This document shows, piece after piece, positions 8,556 through 17,601 of a DNA stretch of 32,000 nucleotides (position 1 is the first letter of the stretch; each line of letters opens with the position of its first letter). A program made the translations under genes and the position numbers. The notes under the pieces were generated by a model, which saw nothing but the letters and a program-made list of their open reading frames with translations, was not told where the DNA came from and searched no databases. The stretch is from Halorhodospira halophila SL1 (GTDB lineage Bacteria; Pseudomonadota; Gammaproteobacteria; Nitrococcales; Halorhodospiraceae), in assembly GCF_000015585.1 (NCBI RefSeq), contig NC_008789.1, positions 1,020,001 to 1,052,000 on the forward strand. Reading direction: 5' to 3'.

Positions 8556-9638
8556 ATGCCGGTTCAGACCCGCTACCAGGACGATCTGGCCCGAGGCGTC
8601 ATCCACCCCGACCCGGCCCAGCAGCGCGCCGTCCAGGCCCTGCAGTCGCTCCACGACGAGCTGAGCAGGCAACCGACCGGCGACCGCTGGCTGGGCTGGC
8701 TGCGCCGCCGGCCGAACACCGCCGCCCCCGGCCTCTACCTCCACGGCCCGGTGGGCCGCGGCAAGACCTACCTGGTGGACGCCTTCTTCGACGCCCTGCC
8801 CTTTGCGGATAAAGAGCGCCTGCACTTCCACCACTTCATGCGGCGCACTCACGATGCCCTGCACCAGCTCCGCGACCATCGCGACCCACTCGGCCGCCTT
8901 GCCCGGGATTTCGCCGCCGAGCATCGGGTGCTGTGCTTCGATGAATTCCACGTCAGCGACATCGCCGACGCCATGATCCTCGGCCGGCTGCTCGAACAGC
9001 TGATCGGCGTGGGCGTCACCTTGGTCGCCACCTCCAACGTGCCCCCGGACGACCTCTACCGGGACGGCCTGCAACGGGCCCGCTTCCTGCCCGCCATCGA
9101 TGCCCTCAAGCGCCACTGCCGGGTGGTGGGCCTGGACGGCGGCCGGGATTACCGGCTCGAGCGCCTGGAGCAGGCCCCGGTCTACTGGATCGGCCCCGCC
9201 GGCGACCACGACGACAGCCTGGAGGAGCGATTCGTGCAACTGGCCCCGGAGCCGGGGCGGGCCAACCTGACGCTGGACATCGAGGGGCGACCGGTCCCCG
9301 CCCGGCGCTGCGCCGACGGCATCGCCTGGTTCGATTTCGCAGCACTGTGCAGCGGCCCGCGCGGCGCCTCGGACTACATCGAGCTGGCGCGGCTGTTCCA
9401 CACCGTGCTGGTCAGCGACGTGCCGCGCTTCGATGCCAGCTGCGAGGACGAGGCGCGGCGCTGGATTGCGCTCATCGATGAGCTCTACGAGCGGCGCGTC
9501 AACCTGATCTGCTCGGCGGCCGTCACCCCGGAGGCGCTCTACGCCGGCCGCCGGCTGGGCTTCGAGTTCCAGCGTACCGCCAGCCGCCTCCACGAGATGC
9601 AAAGCCACGACTATCTGGCCGAGCCCCATCGCCCCTGA
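8556..9638 (+). CDS. zapE: AFG1-like ATPase ZapE
   Basis: Walker A is LYLHGPVGRGKTYLVD and Walker B is VLCFDEFHVSD, followed by LVATSNVPPDDLYRDGLQRARFLPAI. The N-terminus aligns with my memory of E. coli ZapE (YhcM). Confidence 0.9.
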   Translation: MPVQTRYQDDLARGVIHPDPAQQRAVQALQSLHDELSRQPTGDRWLGWLRRRPNTAAPGLYLHGPVGRGKTYLVDAFFDALPFADKERLHFHHFMRRTHDALHQLRDHRDPLGRLARDFAAEHRVLCFDEFHVSDIADAMILGRLLEQLIGVGVTLVATSNVPPDDLYRDGLQRARFLPAIDALKRHCRVVGLDGGRDYRLERLEQAPVYWIGPAGDHDDSLEERFVQLAPEPGRANLTLDIEGRPVPARRCADGIAWFDFAALCSGPRGASDYIELARLFHTVLVSDVPRFDASCEDEARRWIALIDELYERRVNLICSAAVTPEALYAGRRLGFEFQRTASRLHEMQSHDYLAEPHRP

Positions 9639-9656
9639 AGCCAAGGAGAGATCGCC

Positions 9657-10085
9657 ATGAACCAGAGCGGCGGCAAGACCGGCTACCGGCCGCAAATCCA
9701 ACGTTTGCGGCGCGGGGAAAAACGCTCGCACCTGCTCTACTATCTACCGGTCCACGATGGCAACGACGGGGGCCGGCTTGGTGTGCTCGGCGATCTATCG
9801 GCCGACGGACTGCTGCTCATCGGCAACCGCGCCTTCACCCCCGGCCAGCGCCTGCAGCTGCAGATCCGCGGTGAGCCGGGCAGCGAGATCGCCGGCGATG
9901 TCCGCATCGACGTCACCGTCGAGGCGCGCTGGTCGGCACCGGATCTGAACCCGGCCTACACGGCCACCGGGGTCCGGTTCGTGGGCCTGGACGAGGCGAC
10001 CCGCAGCGCCATCGAGGGCTTGCTGCACGACCTCGGCCTGCTGGCCGGGGTGGACGATGAGGACGAAACAGGAGGACAGGCATGA
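9657..10085 (+). CDS. Single-domain PilZ protein (predicted c-di-GMP receptor)
   Basis: RRGEKR (RRxxxR) and DLSADG (DxSxxG) occur with the expected spacing. A strong AAGGAGAG SD lies upstream of the ATG at 9657. Confidence 0.8.
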   Translation: MNQSGGKTGYRPQIQRLRRGEKRSHLLYYLPVHDGNDGGRLGVLGDLSADGLLLIGNRAFTPGQRLQLQIRGEPGSEIAGDVRIDVTVEARWSAPDLNPAYTATGVRFVGLDEATRSAIEGLLHDLGLLAGVDDEDETGGQA

Positions 10086-10252
10086 GCGCCGATCCCGACA
10101 AGCACCCCCAGGACGACGACCCGCGTTCGCTGTCCGATCACCGCATCCGCGAGAAACACTCCCGGGAGGAGGTGAAGCGCTGGCGCGAGCAGGCCGCCGA
10201 GCACCATCGGCGGTGGTTCGACGTCATGAATAACCCCTACGGGCAGGACTGA
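10082..10252 (+). CDS. Small highly charged ORF (56 aa), not in the supplied ORF track, translationally coupled to the PilZ gene
   Basis: The ATG at 10082 overlaps the PilZ TGA (ATGA). AGGAGG at 10070-10075 lies 6 nt upstream. The translation is MSADPDKHPQDDDPRSLSDHRIREKHSREEVKRWREQAAEHHRRWFDVMNNPYGQD. Third positions are mostly G/C. The stop at 10250-10252 is followed 4 nt later by a strong hairpin. Confidence 0.55.
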   Translation: MSADPDKHPQDDDPRSLSDHRIREKHSREEVKRWREQAAEHHRRWFDVMNNPYGQD

Positions 10253-10256
10253 AACC

Positions 10257-10284
10257 GGCCCGGGGACCGCGCGGCCCCCGGGCC
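10257..10284. terminator. Strong GC hairpin between convergent genes; candidate bidirectional terminator
   Basis: GGCCCGGGG (10257-10265) pairs perfectly with CCCCGGGCC (10276-10284). The inner CC/GG pairs may extend the stem around a GCGC loop. It lies between the small-ORF stop (10252) and the PEBP stop (10291). There is no U-tract. Confidence 0.55.
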
Positions 10285-10290
10285 CCCTGC

Positions 10291-10920
10291 CTACGCCGGA
10301 ACGCGGGGGTTGAGGCTGTAGGTGGTGGTGATGCTGGCCTGATCGAGGATGTGCGGGCGGATGGCCTCGAGCAGATCGGGCCCGCGGAAGCCCGCCTCCA
10401 CCGGCGCCTGCCCCACGTCGAGGGCGTAGAGGGTGAAGACGTAGCGGTGCGGGATCGAATCGTTCCACGGCGGGCAGGGCCCGTCGTAGCCGTAATAGGT
10501 CCCGCGCATCTCGTCACTGCCGGCCAGGAAATCCGTGTAGTCGTTGACCCCCTGGCGGGTGCCGTGGGGCCCTTCGGGCACGTACTTGCCACCGGGGAGC
10601 ACCCCCTCGGAGAAGGCGCCCTCGGCCAGCTCGCCCAGGGCCGGATCGACATCCACCAGCAGCCAGTGGTAGAAGTCGACCCGCGGCAGATCCGAGGGGA
10701 TCTCCCGATCTTCCCGGTTCACATCGCCGGCGTGGCTCGGCGCATCCGGGTCGTGGCAGACCAGCACCAGCGACCGGGTCCCGGCCGGCAGATCCGACCA
10801 TCCGATATGGGGGCTGACGTTACGGCCCAGGGCCATGTGGTTGTCGGCGTCCGGGATGCCGAAGGCGTACGCCTCGGGGACCGGTTGCCCGTCGGTGAGG
10901 CTCTGACTGGTCAGGCGCAT
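10291..10920 (-). CDS. YbhB/YbcL (PEBP, Raf-kinase-inhibitor-like) family protein
   Basis: SPHIGWSDLPAGTRSLVLVCHDPDAPS, YHWLLVDV, GYDGPCPP and HRYVFTLYALD. An AGGAGGGG SD is present. No signal peptide is evident. Confidence 0.88.
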   Translation of the reverse strand: MRLTSQSLTDGQPVPEAYAFGIPDADNHMALGRNVSPHIGWSDLPAGTRSLVLVCHDPDAPSHAGDVNREDREIPSDLPRVDFYHWLLVDVDPALGELAEGAFSEGVLPGGKYVPEGPHGTRQGVNDYTDFLAGSDEMRGTYYGYDGPCPPWNDSIPHRYVFTLYALDVGQAPVEAGFRGPDLLEAIRPHILDQASITTTYSLNPRVPA

Positions 10921-10987
10921 AGCTTGCCCCTCCTGCTGTTTGGGTTACCCTCGCAGGGATTGTAAAGCCGGCAGGCGCAGCGTGACG

Positions 10988-11452
10988 ATGCAACAGCGAC
11001 TGTTCGCGTACGGCACCATCCTCGCGGGGGCCGACGACCCGCAGGTCCAGGCAGCCATCCAGCGTTACACCGAGCGCGTCGATGACGGTTGGGTCCCCGG
11101 ACGCCTCTACGACCTGGGGCCGTTCCCGGGCGCCGTCCCCCGCCTCCCCCGGGACACCCGCGAGGCCTGGGTACGCGGGGTGATCCTCACCGTCCTCGAC
11201 CCGCGCCGGGTCTTCCGCGTCCTCGATCCCTACGAGGACTGCGATCCGCAGCGACCGCGCGCGGGGATGTACCGCCGCGAGGAGGTGGCTGTCCACCCGG
11301 CCACCGACCCAGACAGCCCCCTGACCTGTCAGATCTACTGGATCAACCGGGTGCCGCCCTACGCTCGCTTCGTGGAGAGGGGCGACTGGCATCGGCATGT
11401 CCAGGCGCGGCCGGCCTACGCCTCCAACACCCCGGGGGGCGGCTCCAGGTAA
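10988..11452 (+). CDS. Gamma-glutamylcyclotransferase-like (GGCT/AIG2 fold) protein
   Basis: LFAYGTIL...GWVPGRLYDLGPFPGAV...VRGVIL...LDPYED...YRREEVAV fits the GGCT-like pattern. The ATG at 10988 was chosen over the track start at 10940. The SD is weak. Confidence 0.7.
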   Translation: MQQRLFAYGTILAGADDPQVQAAIQRYTERVDDGWVPGRLYDLGPFPGAVPRLPRDTREAWVRGVILTVLDPRRVFRVLDPYEDCDPQRPRAGMYRREEVAVHPATDPDSPLTCQIYWINRVPPYARFVERGDWHRHVQARPAYASNTPGGGSR

Positions 11453-12126
11453 TCGGCCACCTGCTCCGGCGTGGGCTCCTGGAGGACGGGGATGCGCCCG
11501 AGCCGGGGCGCCGGCAGCCGCGCATCCAGGCTGGCGATCTGGGCATCCCGCCGCGGGTCGTCGGCGTCCAGTTCACACGCCACCCAACCGGCCAGGACCA
11601 AGCCGTCGGCGCGGATCGCCTCGGCGCTGAGCAGGGCGTGGTTCAGACACCCCAACCGAACGCCGACCACCAGCACCACCGGCAGACCGATCCCCCGCGC
11701 CAGCGCCGCCATGTCCTGCGTTGGCCCCAGGGGCACCCGCCAGCCGCCGGCCCCCTCGACCACGGTGAAGCGCGTCTGCGCCAACGCCCGGGCCGCGGCC
11801 ACCAGCCCGGCGCCATCGATGGACAGCCCCTGCTCGTCGGCCACCAGATGGGGGGCCGCGGCCGCCTCCAGGGCGCACGGGTTGACGGTCTCGTAGGGCA
11901 GCGCCGGATCGATCAGCGCCTTCAGCTGCTCGGCGTCGTCGTTGCGCAGCCCTTCGGCGGTGCGCCGGCACCCGGCGGCCACCGGCTTCATGGCCGCCAC
12001 CGGGATCTGGTGGCGCTGCAGCAGACGGATCAGCCCGCCGGCGTAGACCGTCTTGCCGACGCCGGTGTCGGTGCCGGTGATGAACACCCCGGCCGGATCA
12101 GCGCCGTGCGCCTGCCCCGCGCTCAT
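11416..12126 (-). CDS. bioD: Dethiobiotin synthase
   Basis: VFITGTDTGVGKTVYAGGL (P-loop), then MKPVAAGC. The start overlaps the bioC stop (ATGA). This is the last gene of the bioBFHCD run. Confidence 0.92.
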   Translation of the reverse strand: MSAGQAHGADPAGVFITGTDTGVGKTVYAGGLIRLLQRHQIPVAAMKPVAAGCRRTAEGLRNDDAEQLKALIDPALPYETVNPCALEAAAAPHLVADEQGLSIDGAGLVAAARALAQTRFTVVEGAGGWRVPLGPTQDMAALARGIGLPVVLVVGVRLGCLNHALLSAEAIRADGLVLAGWVACELDADDPRRDAQIASLDARLPAPRLGRIPVLQEPTPEQVADYLEPPPGVLEA

Positions 12127-13010
12127 CGCCGCCTCCGCCGGATGCCGTGGACGTCGAGCCGGACCTCGCCGGTGTCATCGGCCCGCTGCGGGGTTCCGCC
12201 CATCCCCCAGGCGTGCCCGTAGACCACCTCGTAGGTGGCCGGCACACGGCCGTCGGGCTGGCGCCAGGCCAGACGGTAGGCAGCCTCCACGCGGGCCAGG
12301 CGGTGGGGCGAGAGCAGGCCGCGGGGGCGGCCGGGGTCGGCGTTGGAGGCCCCCAGGGCCTTGAGATCGCGCATCACCTCGCGCGGCTGGGCGTAGGTCA
12401 GCGTGAACGACTCGCCGTCGAGGACCGGATCGACGAAGCCCGCCTCGAGCATGCGGTCGCCCACGTCGTGCTTGTCCGCAAACCGGTGGACGCGGGCCTG
12501 ATCCCCCACCTCGGCCCAGGCTCCGCGCAGCTCGTGCAGGGTCTCCGGCCCGAAGGTGGCGAACATCACCGCCCCCTCCGGGGCCGTCACCCGCTGCAGT
12601 TCGCGCAGGGCGGTGGGCAGGTCCTCTGCCCACTGCAGGGCCAGGTTGGAGAAGACCAGCTCGAAGCTGTCGTCGGGGTACGGCAGGGCGTGAAGATCGG
12701 CGCAGACGCACCGCGGACGGCGCAGCCAGGGGGCCCGGCGGCGCACACGCTGCAGCATGGCCGGGGCCAGATCCACGGCGTGGACCTCGGCCTTGCGGTA
12801 GCGTCGCAGGAGCCCGCGCGTGGCGTAGCCGGTGCCCGCGCCGAGGTCGAGGACCCGGCGCGGATGGACCCGGACCGGCTCGAGCCGCTCGAGCAGGCGA
12901 TCGGCGACCTCGCGCTGGAGCACGGCGACCTCGTCGTAGCGCTCCGCCGAGGCGTCGAAGCTGCGTCGCACGCAGCGGCGATCAATCGACTGGGCGTCGC
13001 CTGGGTTCAC
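12123..13010 (-). CDS. bioC: Malonyl-ACP O-methyltransferase
   Basis: SFDASAERYDEVAVLQREVADRLLERL and VLDLGAGTGYATRGL (SAM motif I), with PYPDDSFELVFSNLALQW. The gene sits between bioH and bioD. Confidence 0.9.
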   Translation of the reverse strand: MNPGDAQSIDRRCVRRSFDASAERYDEVAVLQREVADRLLERLEPVRVHPRRVLDLGAGTGYATRGLLRRYRKAEVHAVDLAPAMLQRVRRRAPWLRRPRCVCADLHALPYPDDSFELVFSNLALQWAEDLPTALRELQRVTAPEGAVMFATFGPETLHELRGAWAEVGDQARVHRFADKHDVGDRMLEAGFVDPVLDGESFTLTYAQPREVMRDLKALGASNADPGRPRGLLSPHRLARVEAAYRLAWRQPDGRVPATYEVVYGHAWGMGGTPQRADDTGEVRLDVHGIRRRRR

Positions 13011-13012
13011 GG

Positions 13013-13714
13013 TCAGATCTCCTCAAGGAAAGCGTGGATCGTCTGCGCCACTGCGGTGGCGTGGGTGCAGTGGGGCAGATGCCCGGCCCCCTCCAGGATC
13101 CGCAGCTGGCCGTCGCAGCCCTCCGCCGCGCGCTGCAGCGCCGCCGGAGGCACCAGCGGGTCCTGGCCACCGCCGAGCCACAGCGACGGCACAGCTCCGG
13201 CCGGCGCCTGGCGCAGGTCGGCCTCGGCCAACGCGGCGAGCCCCGCCGCCAGCCCGACCGGCGACGCCGTGCAGGGGTCGGTAACGGCGGCTGCATCGGC
13301 GGCGGAGACCTGCCCCAGCCGACGACGGAAGCGCCGCACCGTGGCGGCAGGACTCCGCGCCAGACCGGCTCGCATGGCCGTCAGCTCCGCGGCGGGGACG
13401 GCGCAGGGCCAGTCGATATCCATGGTAAACCGTGGCGTCGCGCCGATCAGGGCCACACCGCGCAGGGGCTTGCCGCGGCGCAGTGCCTCGAGGGCGACGG
13501 TGCCACCCAGCGACCAGCCCACCCATACGGCGTCGTCCGGGGCCGCATCGATCACCGGCGTGGCGACCCCAGCGAGGTCTTCGTAGCGGGGATCGGCGGC
13601 CCCGCCGTGGCCGGGCAGCTCGACCACCTGCGCCGGAGTATCCAGCACCGACCGGAGGCGATCAAAGACCCGACCATCGAACGACCACCCCGGCACCAGC
13701 AGCAGCGGCGTCAC
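13013..13714 (-). CDS. bioH: Pimeloyl-ACP methyl ester esterase (alpha/beta hydrolase)
   Basis: LLLVPGWSFDGRVF, the nucleophile elbow VGWSLGG, and C-terminal GAGHLPH. The GTG start overlaps the bioF stop. The position between bioF and bioC matches Pseudomonas. Confidence 0.8.
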   Translation of the reverse strand: MTPLLLVPGWSFDGRVFDRLRSVLDTPAQVVELPGHGGAADPRYEDLAGVATPVIDAAPDDAVWVGWSLGGTVALEALRRGKPLRGVALIGATPRFTMDIDWPCAVPAAELTAMRAGLARSPAATVRRFRRRLGQVSAADAAAVTDPCTASPVGLAAGLAALAEADLRQAPAGAVPSLWLGGGQDPLVPPAALQRAAEGCDGQLRILEGAGHLPHCTHATAVAQTIHAFLEEI

Positions 13715-14919
13715 GACGGCGCCTCCAGGGTGGGCGGGGCCTGGCGCGCCGCCGCGGCCAAGGCCTCCAGCAGCCGATCGACATCCTCCTCACTGTGACA
13801 GGCGGTCAGGCTGACGCGCAGCCGGGCTGTCCCCGCCGGCACCGTCGGCGGACGGATCGCCGCCACGCGCAGCCCGCGGCGGTCGAGTTCGGCACTCCAG
13901 GCGGTGGCCGTAGCACTAGGGCCGACCAGCACCGGCTGGATCGGCGTCCTTGGCCCCGCGGGCTGTGGCACCGGGAGACCGAGCTGCCGGGCGCCGCTGC
14001 GGAAGCGGGCGATCAGCGCCTGCAGATGCTCGCGCCGCCACCCCTCGGCCCGGGCGATGCGCACCGCCTCCAGGGCCGCCGCCGCCTGCGCCGGCGGGGG
14101 CGCGGTGGTGTAGATATACGGGCGCGCCCACTGGCGCAGGGCATCGATGAGGGTCCGGCTGCCGGCGACGAAGGCGCCGAAGGTACCGAAGGCCTTGCCC
14201 AGCGTCCCCACCAGCACCGGCACCCGTTCCGGGGCACAGCCGGTGGCGGGGACGCTGCCGCCGCCCTCCGGGCCGATCACCCCCAGGCCGTGGGCATCGT
14301 CGACCACCAGCGCCGCGCCGGTCGCCTCGGCCGCCGCGGCCAGTTCGGGCAAGGGGGCCACATCGCCGTCCATGCTGAATACCCCGTCGGTGACCACGAG
14401 CTGGGCGCGATCGTCGAGGCGCTGGGCCAGGTGAGTGGGATCGGCGTGGCGGTAGCGGCGTGGCCGTCCGCCGGCCAGACGCACGGCGTCGATCAGCGAG
14501 GCGTGGTTAAGCCGGTCCTCGGCCACCGCCTGGCCCCGCCGGACCAGGGTGGTCACGACACCGAGGTTGGCCATGTAGCCCGTGGAGAAGAGCAGCGCCG
14601 CCTCCCGGCCGGTGAACGCCGCCAGCTCCGCCTCTAGCGCCTCGTGCTCGGGGCGGTGGCCGGTGACCAGGTGCGCAGCGCCGGCACCACTGCCCTGGCG
14701 CCGGGCGTGCTCGGCCAGGGCGCGAGCCGGGCGCGGATCGGCGGCCAGGCCCAGGTAGTCGTTACCGCAGAAGACCGTGCAGCGCTGGCCATCGGACCGC
14801 ACGGCGGTGGCGCCATCGTAGTCCTCTAGGGCTTCGGCGCAGCGATAGAGCCCGGCCTGGCGGCGCTCGGCAAGACGCGGGGCCAACCGCGCATCGAGTC
14901 GGGCCGCCGGGTGGTTCAC
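13711..14919 (-). CDS. bioF: 8-amino-7-oxononanoate synthase
   Basis: [18 protein letters not shown] and GTLGKAFG (PLP lysine). I place the start at the GTG at 14919, overlapping the bioB TGA (GTGA). The track ORF extends to 15066 inside bioB. Confidence 0.9.
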   Translation of the reverse strand: MNHPAARLDARLAPRLAERRQAGLYRCAEALEDYDGATAVRSDGQRCTVFCGNDYLGLAADPRPARALAEHARRQGSGAGAAHLVTGHRPEHEALEAELAAFTGREAALLFSTGYMANLGVVTTLVRRGQAVAEDRLNHASLIDAVRLAGGRPRRYRHADPTHLAQRLDDRAQLVVTDGVFSMDGDVAPLPELAAAAEATGAALVVDDAHGLGVIGPEGGGSVPATGCAPERVPVLVGTLGKAFGTFGAFVAGSRTLIDALRQWARPYIYTTAPPPAQAAAALEAVRIARAEGWRREHLQALIARFRSGARQLGLPVPQPAGPRTPIQPVLVGPSATATAWSAELDRRGLRVAAIRPPTVPAGTARLRVSLTACHSEEDVDRLLEALAAAARQAPPTLEAPS

Positions 14920-15896
14920 GGCTCCAGCTCGGCGCAGCTGTGGGTGCGCGGCTCCAGGGTCATGCCCAGGCGGTGGAGCAGCCGATGGTCGGCGTCGGCG
15001 TCCGGGTTGTCGGTGGTCAGCAGCCGCTCGCCGAGGAACAGACTGTTGGCACCGGCGCTCAGGCACAGCGCCTGGAGCTCGTCGCTCATCTGCTCGCGAC
15101 CGGCCGCCAGGCGGACGTAGGAGCGCGGCAGGACCAGGCGCGTGGCGGCGATGGTGCGCACGATCTCGAACGGATCCACCGGCTCGGCCGCCTCCAGCGG
15201 GGTCCCGGGGATGGGGATCAGCCGGTTGATCGGCACGCTCTGCGGCGGCACCGGCAGGTTGGCCAGGGTGGCGAGCATCTCGACGCGGTCCGCCCGCGCC
15301 TCCCCCAGGCCGACGATGCCACCGCAGCAGACCCGCATCCCGGCGTCGCGGATGCGCTCAAGCGTCTGCAGCCGCTGCTCGTAGCTGCGGGTGGTCACCA
15401 CCTGGTCGTAGTACGACGGCGAGGTGTCGAGGTTGTGGTTGAAGTAGTCGAGCCCGGCCTCGGCCAGCCGCTCGGCCTGCCCCTCGGCGAGCAGGCCGGC
15501 AGAGAGGCAGGCCTCCAGGCCTTCGGCCTTAACCGCCCGGACCATGGCTACCAGCGTCTCCAGGTCGCGGTCTTTGGGGCCGCGCCAGGCCGCACCCATG
15601 CACAGCCGGGTGGCCCCGCTGGCCCGAGCCCGCTGGGCCGCCTCGCGGACGGTCTCGACATCGATCAGCGCCTCGCGCTCCAGGCCGGTGTCGTACCGCG
15701 CGCTCTGGGAGCAGTAGGTGCAGTCCTCGGCGCAGGCGCCGGTCTTGATCGAGACCAGGGTGCAGGCCTGGACCTGCCCCGGGTTAAAGTGACGGCGATG
15801 CACTTCCTGGGCGCGGAACAGCAGCTCCGGCAGGGGCAGCTCGAACAAGGCGTGGATCTGCGGCTGATCCCAGTGCCAGGTGTCGGTCTCAGTCAT
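14916..15896 (-). CDS. bioB: Biotin synthase (radical SAM)
   Basis: [16 protein letters not shown] (CxxxCxxC), with [11 protein letters not shown] and YNHNLDTS. Confidence 0.95.
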   Translation of the reverse strand: MTETDTWHWDQPQIHALFELPLPELLFRAQEVHRRHFNPGQVQACTLVSIKTGACAEDCTYCSQSARYDTGLEREALIDVETVREAAQRARASGATRLCMGAAWRGPKDRDLETLVAMVRAVKAEGLEACLSAGLLAEGQAERLAEAGLDYFNHNLDTSPSYYDQVVTTRSYEQRLQTLERIRDAGMRVCCGGIVGLGEARADRVEMLATLANLPVPPQSVPINRLIPIPGTPLEAAEPVDPFEIVRTIAATRLVLPRSYVRLAAGREQMSDELQALCLSAGANSLFLGERLLTTDNPDADADHRLLHRLGMTLEPRTHSCAELEP

Positions 15897-15966
15897 GATC
15901 GGCTCACTGCAGGTTGACCGCGGGGCGTGCCGCGCAGGAGGCGCTTATGGTAGCAAGGAGGCGACC

Positions 15967-16683
15967 ATGGTCAACTATGACGCTATGCACTCAGTCAACA
16001 AGTGGATACGAAATGTTCCCCTTGCCCTCTACCCGCCGCGCTGTCGGCTGTGCGATGCCGCCGGCTCCGACGGTCTGGACCTGTGCCGTGGCTGTCGGGC
16101 CGATCTGCCGTGGAACACACCCTGTTGCCCGCAGTGCGCCTTGCCGACGGACGGCACCACGCCCTGCCCGTGCCGACAGCGGCCTCCGGCCTTCCAGCAC
16201 GCCGTGGTACCGCTGCGCTACGAGGGGGCGGTGGAGAGCCTGATCACCGCCTTCAAGTTCCGCGGCCGGCTGGCCGACGGGCAGCTGCTGGGGGCGCTGC
16301 TCGCCGCCGCCCTGCGCCGGGACGCCACCCCTCTGCCCGAGGCCGTGGCCCCGGTACCGCTGCACGCCGGGCGGCTGCGCCAGCGCGGTTTCGATCAGAC
16401 GGCGGAGCTGGCCCGGGCGCTACGCCACCAGCTCGGCCCCCTGCCCCTATGCCGGGGGCTGCGCCGGCGCCGCGGCGATGCCCGGCAGGCCACCCGGACC
16501 GCACAGGCCCGGCGCAGCGACATACGCGGCGCGTTTACCGCCCGCCGCGGCCCTCTCCCGGGGCACGTGGCGCTGCTCGACGATGTGGTGACCACCGGGG
16601 CGACCGCCGAGGAGGCGGCGCAGGCCCTGCGCGACGCCGGGGTCGGCCGGGTCGATCTGTGGGCGGTGGCGCGGACCCCGTAG
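15967..16683 (+). CDS. comF: ComF-family phosphoribosyltransferase-fold protein
   Basis: An N-terminal Cys-rich region (CRLC...CRGC...CPQC) is followed by the PRT motif VALLDDVVTTGAT. The ATG at 15967 is preceded by AAGGAGG. The gene is divergent from bioB. Confidence 0.85.
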   Translation: MVNYDAMHSVNKWIRNVPLALYPPRCRLCDAAGSDGLDLCRGCRADLPWNTPCCPQCALPTDGTTPCPCRQRPPAFQHAVVPLRYEGAVESLITAFKFRGRLADGQLLGALLAAALRRDATPLPEAVAPVPLHAGRLRQRGFDQTAELARALRHQLGPLPLCRGLRRRRGDARQATRTAQARRSDIRGAFTARRGPLPGHVALLDDVVTTGATAEEAAQALRDAGVGRVDLWAVARTP

Positions 16684-16692
16684 CCGGTGCGT

Positions 16693-17601
16693 CTAGAGGT
16701 GGAGATCGGCCGCCAGGCCAGCGAAGACCACGCCGCCGAGCCAGGCGTTGTTGAGGAAGGCACGGAAGCAGTCCTGGCGCTCGCGGCGTCGGATCAGGTA
16801 CTGCTGATAGGCGAACAGGCCGGCGGCCCCGGCCAATCCCAGGTAATAGGCCGTGCTGGCCTCCACGTGCAGGCCGACCTGCACCATCGCCAGCAGCATC
16901 AGCCCCTGCAGGATAGCGATCATCAGCCGGTCCAGGTCACCGAAGAGCACGGCCGTGGACTTGACGCCGATCTTGATGTCGTCGTCCCGATCGACCATGG
17001 CGTACATGGTGTCGTAGACGGTGGCCCAGAGCACGGTGGCGATCAGCAGCAGCCACGCCACCACCGGCACCGTTCCGGTCTGCGCGGCAAAGACCATGGG
17101 CACGGCCCAGCCGAAGGCCAGCCCCAGGTGGACCTGGGGCAGGTGGGTGTAGCGCTTGGTGAAGGGGTAGGTGGCCGCCAGCACCACGGCCACCAGGGAC
17201 ATCAGGATGGTCAGCGGGTTGGTCAGCAGGACCAGACCGAAGGCGAGCAGGCAGAGGACCACGAACAGGAGCAGCGCCTCGCGCTCGGAGACCCGGCCGG
17301 TGGCGAAGGGCCGCTGCCGGGTGCGCTTGACGTGGCCGTCGATGTGGCGATCGGCGAAGTCGTTGATGACGCAGCCAGCGGCCCGCATGACCACCACCCC
17401 GAGGGTAAAGATGACCAGCAGATCCAGATCGGGCACGCCGGCCGCCGCGATCCACAGCGCCCAGAGCACCGGCCAGAGCAGCAGGAAGTTGCCGATGGGC
17501 CGGTCGAGCCGCGCCAGCTGTGCATAAGTCCGCAAGCGCTCGCCAACCCGACCCGGGCCGGATGGCTCCCCGCTATGCACCTCACCGCTCACCCTCAACA
17601 C
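16693..17601 (-). CDS. ubiA: 4-hydroxybenzoate polyprenyltransferase
   Basis: [22 protein letters not shown] and [21 protein letters not shown] (NDxxDxxxD), with multiple TM segments. The GTG start overlaps the ubiC 3' end by 20 nt. Confidence 0.92.

Noticed and set aside
15897-15966. Search for a BirA (bioO-type) or BioR/BioQ-type operator in the bioB/comF divergent region
   Set aside because: There is no TGTAAACC...GGTTTACA-like dyad and no TTATAGATAA-like box. Only short GC dyads (CCGCGG, GCGCGC) are present, and these are expected by chance at this composition.
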